Source: Octopus vulgaris (taxonomy: Eukaryota). From it: a stretch of 64,000 nt of DNA. The notes under the pieces are model-generated. The model saw only the letters and a list, made by a program, of their open reading frames with translations, did not search any database and was not told the origin of the DNA. Of the stretch, positions 11,421-22,992 are shown in pieces; position 1 is the stretch's first letter, and every line of letters begins with the position of its first letter. The position numbers and the translations under genes are program-made. The DNA lies in assembly GCA_951406725.2 (NCBI GenBank), contig OX597816.1:128092001-128156000 (forward strand). The letters run 5' to 3'.

Positions 11421-12972
11421 CATCATCATCATCATCGTTTAGCGTCCGTTTTCCATGCTAGCATGGGTTGGACGGTTCTACTGGGGTCTGTGAAGCCAGA
11501 AGGCTTCATCAGGCCCAGTCAAATCTGGCAGGTGTTTCTACGGCTGGATGCCCTTCCTAACGCCAACCACTCCGTGAGTGTAGTGGGTGCTTTTTACGTG
11601 CCACCCGCACAGGTGCCAGACAGAGCTGGCAAACGGCCACGAACGGATGGTGCTTTTTATGTGCCACCGGCATGAGGGCCAGGCGAGGCTGGCAACGGAC
11701 ACGAAACGGGGCGGTGCTGGCAACGGTCGCGAAACCGAAGGTTCTCTTACATGCCACTGGCACTGGTAACACATCTGCAATTTCCATTGATCGATTTCGA
11801 TTTTGATCCTCACTTGTCTCAACGGGTCTTCACAAGTAGAGTTTCGACATGCCACCGGCACTGGTAACACATCTGCAATTTCCATTGATCGATTTCGATT
11901 CTGATCCTCACTTGCCTCAACAGGTCTTCACAAGTAGAGTTTTGTGTCCCAAGAAGGGAAGGTATGCATACGTAGGCTGGCTCCATCCCATGTAGAAGGC
12001 CACGGGTTATGGACTCACTTGTCCTGCCGGGTCTTCTCACGCACAGCACACTTTCATAGGTCTCGGTCTCTAGTCATTTCCTCAGTGAGACCTAAAGTTC
12101 GAAGGTCGTGCTTCACCACCTCGTCCCAGGTTTTCCTGGGTCTGCCTCTTCCACAGGTTCCCTCAACCACTAGGGTGTGGCACTTTTTCACACAACTATC
12201 TTCATCCATTCTCGCCACATGACCATACCAGCGCAAACGTCTCTCTTGCACACCACAACTGATGCTTCTTAGGTCCAGCTTTTTTCTCAAGGTACTTACA
12301 CTCTGCCGAGTATGAGTACTGACATTACACATCCATCGGAGCATACTGGCTTCATTTCTTGTGAGCTTATGCATATCCTCAGCAGTCACGGCCCATGTTT
12401 CACTGCCATGTAGCATGGCTGTTCGTACACATGCATCATACAGTCTGCCTTTCACTCTGTGCGAGAGGCCTTTGTCACCAGCAGAGGTAAGAGCTCTCTG
12501 AACTTTGCCCAAGCTATTCTTACTCTAGCAGTTACACCTTCAGAACACCCACCCCCGCTGCTGACTTGGTCACCTAGGTAACGGAAACTATCAACTATTT
12601 CTAGTTTTTCTCCCTGGAAAGTGACGGAAGTTGGTCTCAGAGCATTTTCAGTGTTTATTGTTCCTGAGCATCTGCCACATACAAAAACCATCTTCCTAGT
12701 TAGCCTTCCTTTGACATTGCTGCACCTCTTATGTGTCCATAGCTTACACTTGGTGCATCTTATAGAGTTTCTACCTACACCTTTTCTACAGATCGAGCAG
12801 GGCCATCTACCTGAAGGCGTTTGTGATTTGTCTACCTTCCTACTGATTACGACTTTGGTTTTAGCTAGATTGACTCTGAGGCCCTTCGATTCTAATCCTT
12901 GTTTCCACACCTGAAACTTCTCCTCCAGTTCTGATAGCGACTCAGCAATTAGAGCAAGGTCATCAGCATATA
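11421..12972 (-). mobile_element. Young 5'-truncated RTE-type LINE (RT from YADD onward, C-terminus, 3' UTR, (GAT)n tail)
   Basis: LYADDLALIAES...FRYLGD...AWAKFREL, then after one frameshift near 12470 RVKGRLYDACVRTAMLHGSETW...RLRWYGHV...GRGRPRKTW (ORFs 12452..13123 and 12054..12512). CpGs retained. Confidence 0.95.
11749..11942. repeat. Tandem duplication of ~98 bp within the RTE 3' UTR
   Basis: acatgccac.ggcactggtaacacatctgc...tcttcacaagtagagttt occurs at 11749-11844 and 11847-11942. Confidence 0.9.
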
Positions 12973-13059
12973 ACGTACAATAACGTACAATATATACTAT
13001 AACGTACAATATATACCTTACTCTTATTAGTCTGTGGGGAAAGAAGATAATATTAATCA

Positions 13060-13140
13060 ACACTACACATGTTTCTGCCCTAGTGGTTTGTTTTACCAGG
13101 CTATACGTAATACATAAATCCACCAGTGCGTCCTCAGGCT
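13060..13140 (-). ncRNA. Hammerhead-like motif
   Basis: Minus strand: agc CTGAGGA cgca ctggtgg...ccactag ggca GAAA catgtg TA gtg. Stem I is poor. Confidence 0.4.
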
Positions 13141-13352
13141 ATTTTTCTTTTTATTATTATTATTAACGGATCCAACTTAATCCTACAAATTCTAAGTTAT
13201 CTTCTTTAAAAATAAGAATAAAAATAAAAATATATTTAGATAACTTCCTAATATATTTTTACAAAATTTAAAAAATTTTTTAAATTACAAAATTATAAAA
13301 TTTTAAAAATTCATAAAAATTTCATAAAATTAAACTCCTAAAAATACAATAG

Positions 13353-13410
<58 letters not shown>

Positions 13411-13609
13411 CAAAAGTGCTAAACATAAAGAAACCCTCATTGACTATTTTAAATTAAACTGCCTATCTAAATAAACTTTACAGGAATTAATGATTTATTG
13501 TGAAATTTACCCCTATCAATACTAGTATATATTACTATTATTATGTCAAACATAAGTTAATATTTAAAACGTAAAAAAAACTCTATATAGGTTATAAATA
13601 CATATATAA

Positions 13610-13995
13610 CTAGCAGTATCGCCCGGCGTTGCTCGGGTTTGTAAGGGAAATAACTATATAAGCATTTTTAGAGAGTTATAGCCAAAAAATAGCAAAAAAA
13701 TGCATTAAAAATTGGAAAAAAAATTAAGGTAAATTTTTTTTTAAATCGTTGACACATCGTAGATATTTTTAGAGAGTTACTTCCCTTATATAAAAGCGAA
13801 AAAAATGCATTAAAATGGAAAAATATGATGGTAAATTTTTTTTAAATCGTAGACTCACGCTAATACCCAGAAGGGCTCGATATGAATCACGACTATAAGA
13901 TACCCGCTTTTGGTTAAACTGCACCGCAAAATGTGGGAGTAGTTAGGAATCTAAATCGTAGGAGACAGACACACAACTTCACTCTTATATAAAGA
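13610..13995 (-). mobile_element. Non-autonomous Helitron
   Basis: Minus strand starts A|TCtttatataag and ends with hairpin cccg-agcaacgc-cggg followed by ...ctgCTAG|T. Confidence 0.85.
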
Positions 13996-15000
13996 TGCTT
14001 TTTTTTTTCAGTCATAGAGTTAGATTTATGAAGGTCTTCAGTAGAAAATCCTTCGAATTCTGACTCGCTGCTTGATATAATGAAATTCGTATCCATTTTT
14101 TGTCAGAATTACAAATTTTGAAAACACAATAGGAACAAATTTCGGAAAAAAATCTCCCATAATTCACGGAATTAAAATTACACTTCGATTTTTGTACAAA
14201 ACTGTAGTTGAAGTGTTTACGAAGTATAATACGTGTTTTCACGAATGTACTAAAGAGATTTGCTCTGATATTCTCATTTAAATATGAATAGGTAAATTCG
14301 GGCGGCTTGGTAACTATATATAAGTGTCGTCTGTTTATACATAAACACTGTTTACTAATAACAAACACACACGTGTTTGTATGTAGTTGTATGTGTATGT
14401 AGTTGTATATGTATGTGTATGCGTGTGTGTGAGGAATGACACACACACACTCACGCACGCACACATGTACATCAATGCTTTCTGAGTGATATGTTAAAAT
14501 ATTGAGTTTTCTCGAATTTTGTCTTAATTGGTGGTAAAATTGAAAGAAATTTTTTATGGCATCACCCACTGAAGTACTCTGAAAAATCTTAGGTAAATTC
14601 TAATTGAAGAAATTGTGTGAGGAGTAAATGGTTATGTATTTATTTGTTTCTGTTTGCTGTGTTTTTTTATTTTTTGAGTAGTGGTTTAAATACTTTCAGT
14701 TTAGTCTTCCTCAAATCACTCTGTCGCTATTTACTTTCATTTTATTCGTTGCACACTGTGTGTGTGCGTTTGCGTGTGGTGTAAACCAGACTAAGAAAAG
14801 CATTTGACACACACACCAGAATGTGAGTTTTCTGTAAATTTTGCTTAATTGGAGTTTAAATTTTAAAAACTGGACCTGGCATGACGCGATGCATTGTACT
14901 GTTAAAAATGCTAGGTAAATTGTAATTGAAGAAATCCTATATTGTAGATTTGTATAACTCCCAAAGGGAGGCAGATAAAATCTGCCTTTTATAATAAGAG

Positions 15001-15001
<1 letters not shown>
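13996..15001 (-). mobile_element. Second Helitron-like 5' segment lacking its own 3' end
   Basis: Minus strand starts A|TCtcttattataaa with subterminal hairpin aggcagat-ttt-atctgcct. It abuts the 5' end of the Helitron at 13610-13995. Confidence 0.6.
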
Positions 15002-15048
<47 letters not shown>

Positions 15049-15559
15049 ATATGCTTGTGTGTGTGTGCATGTGTTTGTAAAATCATAAGCTGTGAGAAAT
15101 AAGTTAGAGTGGCGAGTGGCATGTATATGAACAACATAAACAAATACACGTATATCAAATACCATAAAACAGAAATTCTAGAAAAAGTTTCATAATTGCC
15201 AAATAACAATTAGAACCAGCTCCATATTAGGAGGGGAGATAATCTAAAGAATTAAGAATTCTCCAAAGTTGACATGTTATTCAGTAAAAGGACAGGCTTA
15301 TAGTTTGGAGATAAGGGGACAATCATGGATATGTGTTTCTACCTTATTAGGCATAGGTAGCTTCAATATAAAAATTGCCCAGTTTTACCTCCAGTAGACA
15401 AGGGACTTAAATTTATACTAATGGGTGGAACACATTTATCACCAAATATTATATATCTACACACATAAACACACATAAATACATACATATATACATGCCT
15501 ATATATATATATATATATATTATACATACACATATATACATACACACACATATACATAA

Positions 15560-15594
<35 letters not shown>

Positions 15595-15694
15595 TGTACA
15601 CATTTATATATGTAATATAATGCTATATACAGAGAGAGGTATAGACAGATAGATACACGCACACATATATATGTAATATAATATCATATTTATA

Positions 15695-16088
15695 GGCACA
15701 GGAGTGGCTGTGTGGTAAGTAGCTTCCTTACCAACCACATGGTTCCAGGGTCAGTCTTACTATATGGTGCCTTGGGCAAGTGTCTTTTACTATAGCCTTG
15801 GGCAGACCAAAGACTTGTGAGTGAATTAAGTAGACAGAAACTGAAAGAAGCTCATCGTATATATATATATATATGTATGTGCATGTATATGTTTGTGAGT
15901 TTGTGTTTGCCCCCCCCTCCTCCATCCAACATTGCTTGACAACTGATCCCTGTAACTTAGTGGTTTGGCAAAAGAGACCAATAGAATAAGTACTAGGCTT
16001 ACAAAGCATAAGTCCTGAGGTTGATTTGCTCGACTAAAGGTTGTGCTTCAGCATGGCCACAGTCAAATGACTGAAACAAGTAAAAGAA
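15695..16088 (+). mobile_element. tRNA-derived SINE family A, full length
   Basis: Head ggagtggctgtgtggtaag...ggttccagggtcagtc...ccttgggcaagtgtctt, internal TA/TG microsatellite, tail cagtcaaatgactgaaacaagtaaaag. Confidence 0.9.
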
Positions 16089-16144
16089 TATATATATGTA
16101 CATACACACACACACATATATATGTAATATAATGTTACATATAT

Positions 16145-16300
16145 ATTCTTTTATTATTTTACTTGTCTTAGTCATTTGACTGAACCATGCTGGATGGAGC
16201 ACTGCCTTAAAGGGCTTTAGTTGCACAAATTTACCCCAGGATTCATTTTTTCAGCCTAGTTCTTGTTCTATTGATCTCTTAGATCAAACCACTAAGTTGC
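16145..16300 (-). mobile_element. SINE family A 3' half, inverted relative to the adjacent copy
   Basis: Reverse complement aligns with 15953-16088. Confidence 0.8.
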
Positions 16301-16866
16301 ATTAGGAAGGGTATCCAGCTGTAGAAACCATGCCAAATCAGGCTGGAGTCTGGTGCAGCTCCCCAGCTTGTCTGGTCATATTGTCCAACCCATGCAAGCA
16401 TGGAACAACAGATTTAGATAAAGATGATGATAATGAGTGTGTATATATATATATATATATGTATTAGATATTATATTGAGGGCATTACTATACATGAATG
16501 CCACATGCTAGGAGGGACTCTTAAAGTCAAAACTACCAAAATGAATAAACACATAGTATCAAATGCGAGGGAATGCAACTCTTGAAGCAAGCCTTTTAAA
16601 AACAGAATTCAGCTGCAAATTACATGATTTCATAATTAGTGCAGAAATGCACTTTTTAATCTTCAGTGCAAGCATAATTCAACATTTATAACGAATGAAC
16701 AAAAATCAATATAACAGATGAACATCCAATGCATCCAGCGTGGCATATAGAAATGTTCAACCTTTATACATCTATGTAAAAGGCGGGCATTTTCGAATTG
16801 CATCTCAGTACAACGTGTTTATTCAGAATAAAAATTCAGTACTGAATATACTTCAGTTAAATTTAC

Positions 16867-16948
16867 AATTTAAAAATAGGATAAATTCTTAAGTAGTTAG
16901 CTAACTACTTGATAAATTCTTATAAAGATTTTATCCTATTTTTAAATT
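16867..16948. repeat. AT-rich inverted repeat with an internal perfect 20-bp palindrome
   Basis: Arms aatttaaaaataggataaa / tttatcctatttttaaatt enclose aagtagttagctaactactt. Confidence 0.85.
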
Positions 16949-16952
16949 ATAT

Positions 16953-16988
<36 letters not shown>

Positions 16989-16998
16989 ACAACTATAC

Positions 16999-17438
16999 GC
17001 AATGTGTTACCAAAAGGAAAAACTATAATTGTCACTTAATATGACTAAGGTGTTAGAACCCCTACATTGCTACAGATAAGAGCTAAAAAGCTCTAATGCT
17101 GTAGTTAAAGCACATAATTGTATACATATGTACTGACAGGGATTGCAATTGGAGGAAACATCAGTTGAGAGATTCTCTATACTGATCAGTCAGTTTGAAG
17201 TAATTCCATAGTCTCATCAGAGAGGACCACTTGATTCAGCTGATACCAGACTTAATTCTCTGTCAGTACATATATATTAACCATTAAAATCTATGTATGA
17301 TTTATGTGCGTACAAAAAATTGACATAGACAGCCATGAGCAATGTATTACCAAAAAGGAAAACCATAATTGTCACTAAATATAACTAGTGTGTTAGAACA
17401 ACTACATTGCTAGAAATAAGAGCTAAAAAGGCTCTAAT
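16999..17438 (-). repeat. ~100-bp direct repeats (period ~340 bp) flanking a hairpin that contains a hammerhead-like motif
   Basis: gcaatgt.ttacca...taagagctaaaaag.ctctaat at 16999-17098 and 17339-17438. Inverted arms atatgtactgacag / ctgtcagtacatat. CTGATGA at 17220-17214 (-). Confidence 0.7.
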
Positions 17439-19074
17439 ATGTGTGTGTGTGTGTGTAAATATTATATATGTATGTATGTGTGTCTGTCTGTATGTATGTA
17501 TGTATAAATCACCACCATTTAATATCCACTTATCTTATTTGTCAAGGCAGATTTTCTGTGGCAGTATACCCTTCCTTTCCACATTTCCAAACAGGATAAT
17601 ATTTCTCCATAGTCAGATATATTTTTCATGGAAGACTGGAAAGAAACCATATCATTACTTTTCGTCTTGTACTGGTTTCAGTCACAGGCTGGAACCATGC
17701 CTTTCAGTGTGATTTGGGTTCTTTTCTGTATTGTTTCTGGTCAATTAGTGAATTGGATGGAGTAGCTCTTCTTTGTGCCACCACCCCTGCTGTCATGATG
17801 TAGGTTCATCTGGTATCTCAGGCAAGAGTATGCACAAACAGGCATACACAAACACACATACATATATAGATGGACTCTCCTGTCAATTTCAATGTATGAG
17901 GATCTGACAATGTACATTTTTCTCTGTCAATCATAATGCTTAAGTTGAATGTGACATTTGAGTCCCACCAACGATTTGCAAAGAAGCTGACTGATGTTAC
18001 AAGTATGAAGATTACAGGTCAATGCAGACAGTATATTTACAGCCACTTTTCTTCTTTGCCTTGCACCCCTAAGTCTGTTAATGCTGGTTGAAACAAAGTC
18101 TTTTATAGCGTTTTGACACAAGGCATATCCACTTCCTTCTAGTTACTTTCCTCCTTTCCTCATCCACTGGAACCTCCACTTCCCATTATCATCCCTACCC
18201 ACACTATTTCCACCAATCACCTTTCTGTGCCTTCAGCCATTGTTCTCTCTCTTCTGCTATAATCTATTCTTTACTCTGATCTACCTTTCAGTGACCTCTC
18301 ATATTTACCATCATGCCCCATTTACCATAACCATACCCCTGAGACATTCCTATATCTCTCACCATCACTTGATACATTTACCTCTACCCCCATCTCCAAC
18401 TATCCCTCATCTCACTCTCATGAAACTTCCTCTCTGTCCACCTTCTGCAGTCCACAGGTTACATATTATCCTACATCAACTTTATATTTTCAGATGCTCC
18501 AGCATCTCTACATCACTTTTATTCTTCCCAGCTCTACAGCTGCTCCTACCCATTCCTATATAATGCAAGGTAACCTTGTATCTCAACTGCAAGACACTTG
18601 GGCTTATTCTTCCATCACACTCTAGCCTCTCAGCTCCTGGTACTGAACCATCACTCTTCTTCCACCATTCAAATACTGCCTGCCTTTACCTGGGGAATTT
18701 TTTCACCCTCACCATTTCTCTTCCTGTTCTCTTCTTTCCTTGCCTTGCAAGTTACTTGCCTGTAACATGCAAAGCCATCTAGCACACTCTGTAAAGTGGT
18801 TGACATTGGGAAAGGCATCCAGTCAGAGAAGCTATGCCAAAGCTGATATCAGAGTGTGATGTGACCCTACAGCTGATCCTGTAAAATTATCCAAGCTATG
18901 CCAGCATTGAAAATGGGTGTTAAATGAAAAATATATATGTATGTATGTATGTATGTATCATATAAGCCAGTCTGTATAAATGTAAATAAATAAATAAATA
19001 AAGATAGACAGACAGACAGACAGATAGATAGATATACTAGTACATGACCTGTTGTTTTATGCAGAAAATAATAA

Positions 19075-19290
19075 TGATTTCAAATTTTGACACAATGCCA
19101 ACAAGTTTGAGGGAGGGGGCTAATTGATTACATCGACCCCAGTATTCAACTGGTATTTATTCTATCGACCCTGAAAGGATGAAAGGCAAAGTTGATACCA
19201 GCAGCATTTGAACTTATAACATAAGGTCAGAAGAAATGCTGCTATGCATTTTTTCCAGTAAGGTAATAATTCTGCCAGCACATCATCTTA
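19075..19290 (-). mobile_element. SINE family B (Meta-domain-like)
   Basis: attacatcgaccccagtattcaactggtatttattctatcgaccctgaaaggatgaaaggcaaagttga. Confidence 0.85.
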
Positions 19291-19489
19291 AGCAGAGAAT
19301 AGCAATGCTTCATTGAAATACAGGTATATGTTCAGGAAAAGAAATAAATATGGAGAAGATAGGTAAAACAATGTTTGAATAAAATAAATATTTTCATAGA
19401 ACAAAATACATATTAGTTTTTAACCAGTCTTTTAGATTTTCTTTTTCTTTTGCTTCTATATGCAACACAATATTCAACAGGAAATTTTA

Positions 19490-21860
19490 ACAATCAAATA
19501 TTGCCTGTGTAGACAACATTTTTTCTGAAGTTAACATTTACATAACTGGGATGCCTGTGACATCCTCTTGATGTAGCAAATTCACTTTGATCAGCACAAA
19601 TATTTATGCATACAAACAAACACAGGTTAGTGGTTAGCAACTTCAGACCTAGTGGTAAAGGACCCAGAGACACAAAAGAAGGATATGCAAGCTCAAAGCA
19701 CAACAAATAGTCAGAAGGTAAGAGAAATTCTAGTCAAAGCATGTCAAAGGAGGACTGAAAGTTTCTATAGTATACTGAGAGCCACAGATTAAATCTGTGG
19801 CTGGTGTTAAGTCCTGGCAAAATTAAGGCTGACATGTCTATGAAACAGTGAAGTAGAATTATGAAAGCAATAGTGGGAAAACGGAGACAGTAGAGAATTG
19901 CACCAGGTAGCCAAAATAGAAGCTAGGCAACATACTTACATAGTAAAGGGAAAAGCAGAAAGGAAGGGAATTGCTAATGTCCTACAATATAATGGTTGTA
20001 AACTATGCTTGAGAGGGTATCAAGATGTTGTGGGTGAAAAGTGTGTGCCTATAAATGATGGTACACCTGCACCTAGTGATTCTGAAAAAAAAAGCAGCAT
20101 GGCGGTGCTTCTGTAAAAGGCTTGAGAATGTTATGGAGAAAAAGTGTCTTCCCAATGTAGACTCAACAGCGGAATGAGCTTAGTTGAAAACGGTATGATA
20201 AAAATGTCAGTTAAGGATATTAAGGCAAGGACTGCTTCTGATCCATTTGGAGTCACTACTAAGATGCTTAAAATATCAGACTGAGTAGAATATGAACTAG
20301 CTACCGTATAGTTAATCAGGTTATGCAAGAAGGTGTCATACCTAATGACTGGTGTAATAGCATTATAGTCAACTGTTACAATTGTAAGGGATTGCCTTTC
20401 ATAAAACTACAGAAGTATCAAGGGTAAGGGACTGCCTTTCATAGAACTACAGAAGTATCAAATTCCTAGACTAGGTCATGAAAGTTACATAGAGAATTAT
20501 AACCAGTTTCTCAGGGAAAAAATTAGACTAGACAAGATACAATTTAGTTTTGTGTCAAGAAAGTGTACTACTGATACTGTAAGACACTGCAGGAGATGTA
20601 TTTAGCTAAAAATAAGCCACTGTACTTAGCTTTTTCATCAAGCTGATGAAAGCCTTTAACAGTGTCCCTTGTTCTCTGATCTAATGGTCTCTGAGGAAAC
20701 TAGTAGATAAATGGCTGGCAAAAGCCATAGATGTTTTGTAGAGGTACTGTCAGTAAAATGAGAGTTAGCCACAAATACAGCAATGAATTTACAGGTACAG
20801 GTAGGATTTCACTAGTGCTCAGTTCCCTAAATACCTGTATTTATGGTACAGGTAGGAGTTCACTAGTGCTCAGGTCTCAGTCTCCTTCAAGCCATAACAA
20901 AGGAATTTAAGACCATCTGCCCTTCAGAACAACTATATGTTCTCATTGCAGAATCTGTGGTAGAATTAGAAAATGAATTCCTGGAGTTGAAGCAAAATCT
21001 GGAATCAAAGGGTCTTCAAGTTAACTATGCAAAGACTAAGGTTCTAGTTGGCAGAAAAACAGAACTAGTTCCATCAGGTAAATAATCTTGCTCGATATAT
21101 TGGAAAAGCATAGAAAGGAATTCCATACAGTGTCCCATGTGTAAGCCACAGGCATACAAGATATGCAGTGAAATCACAGTTGAGTTAACAAAGAAAATAG
21201 TTTTTGCTTGCAGAAGATACTCAAGAGCAATAAATGCTAAGAAGATATGGGAAATAGATTTTCTTAAATGCCCTGGAGGCTTCCTAGATGTAGTAGACTG
21301 TTACCTAGGTGTCCTAATAGGCAGTGTAAGAGTTTCCTCTGAAAGTATAGTTGCTAGAATAAGAATAGGATAGAATAAGTTTAGTGAGCTATTACATCTA
21401 TTGACAGAAAAAGGTCTTTCCCTCAGAGTGAAAGGCAGATTGTATGATGTTTGTATACAAACAGCAATGCTACATGGTAGTGAGATGTGGAATCTGAATG
21501 CAGAAGTCATGTGAAAAGTAAAAAGAAATTAAGTTAATATGCTTTATTGGATATGCAGCATCAGTGTGCATGACAAAGAATAAATGTATTGAGAAAAAAA
21601 TTGGACATTGGCACTATCAGGAATAGTGTGCCTGAGATAATACTCTGCTTTTATCATCATGTGATGTATATGAATGCAAGCAGCTGTATGAAGAAGAATG
21701 CTAAATGAGGTTGGAAACTTTGCATAAAGGAGATTCATGAAGATGTGATATGATGTAGTGAAGGTAAATCATAGAATATAGAGCCTCCTGGAGGAGATGA
21801 CAAAGAACAACTATCAATTCACTGCACTCAAGAAAATCTATCTGTCACAGCAAAAAAACA
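19490..21860 (+). mobile_element. Old, heavily mutated RTE LINE related to the element at 11421-12972
   Basis: ORF 21137..21373 (CKPQAYKICSEIT..IVFACRR...YLG...SESIVARIRIG) aligns with the young copy. RVKGRLYDVCIQTAMLHGSE at ~21425-21485. Many stops and frameshifts. Confidence 0.85.
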
Positions 21861-21914
21861 AGGTCCTCAAATCCTTATGTTTATGTGTGTACGTGCTGGA
21901 TCCTGCATGTATAT

Positions 21915-22380
21915 ACTGCATCCAATATGGTTCTGTGAAGTATTCCCCACACCTCATATTCCACATACCCATTCCTTCATCACATCAAGGGAACTTTTCA
22001 TGTTGTGTTAAGCACTTTCACTGTTTTCAGGTTTTCAAATACATTTGTTATAAGTCATTCTGTATAGAGGTCATAGTTTTTAGTAACAGTGTTGATGATT
22101 TCTGGTTAAGTTTCAGATTTAGAATTAGTTTGCCTTTCATAGTTGAACATTTTATTTTATTTTCAAAAATGGAATATTTTCCATTTGCACGTAAGTCTAG
22201 GTATTCACTACATGGTACGGTACAATTTTTATGCGATGAATCCAATTTTTGGCTCATGCATTCTAACCTGATGTATTAATTTTGATCCTGTTTGGCCAAT
22301 TTAATTTCCATTGCACTGTGGGTATGTGATATTCTAAATAAGATATTTTGTTTTGCAACTCATCAACATTAACCTTCAAT
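21915..22380 (-). pseudogene. Possible degraded LINE ORF1 (Tnp_22-like) fragment
   Basis: Broken minus-strand frames give NVDELQNKISYLE, QDQN*YIRLEC (cf. QYSRREC) and **RNGYV (cf. W..NG.V). Weak. Confidence 0.3.
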
Positions 22381-22777
22381 TCCTTCCCAAGTTAAGATAA
22401 ATATTACCTTTCTCAAGAGGTAATATCTATTCCCCACTTAAAAGTGGAAGTTATTTTAGAACACAGAGTACTGCAATAGTTACCTTGAGAGAACCTCTCA
22501 TGGTGTTGTGGTGCATATAAGCACTTATATTTAAATCATTAGTGGGAAGAAAAGTTACCCATCATTACCATCACTGAGACTACCAGATCATATGATTTCA
22601 GCCTTCCCTAACCTTGTCAATGGTAGACCACCCAGATGCTGGAGATAGCAGCGATATCTCTGTTAGCAATATACATAGAATCTCAATGCCTAATTGGTGT
22701 TACAAATAACCAGTGAGCTTATTAAGAAATAATTATTAGCAACAGAAGCAGCATAAATACCAAAATATAATATTATA

Positions 22778-22992
22778 TTTAGCATTTAAACTGGCCATAT
22801 CCAGCCAAAAGTATTCTGCCTGTTTCATGTTCAAACTGGCTAGATCTGGTCTCTCACACCAACCCTACAATATCATTTTAAAAATGAACAGCTACCTCAT
22901 CAAAATCTCATAGCTACAAGATAATGCCTGGTTAGTTCAAAATGTGGATGAAAAAGGATTAATTTTGGCAGAATAATGTGAACACTAAAGGG
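22778..22992. mobile_element. piggyBac-type MITE, left end eroded
   Basis: Right end aacactaaaggg|TTAA; left remnant tttagcatttaaa is complementary to the inner part of that TIR. Confidence 0.55.

Noticed and set aside
12973-13123. N-terminal part of ORF 12452..13123 as RT sequence
   Set aside because: It lies outside the LINE; RT homology starts at LYADD and the upstream frame is open by chance.
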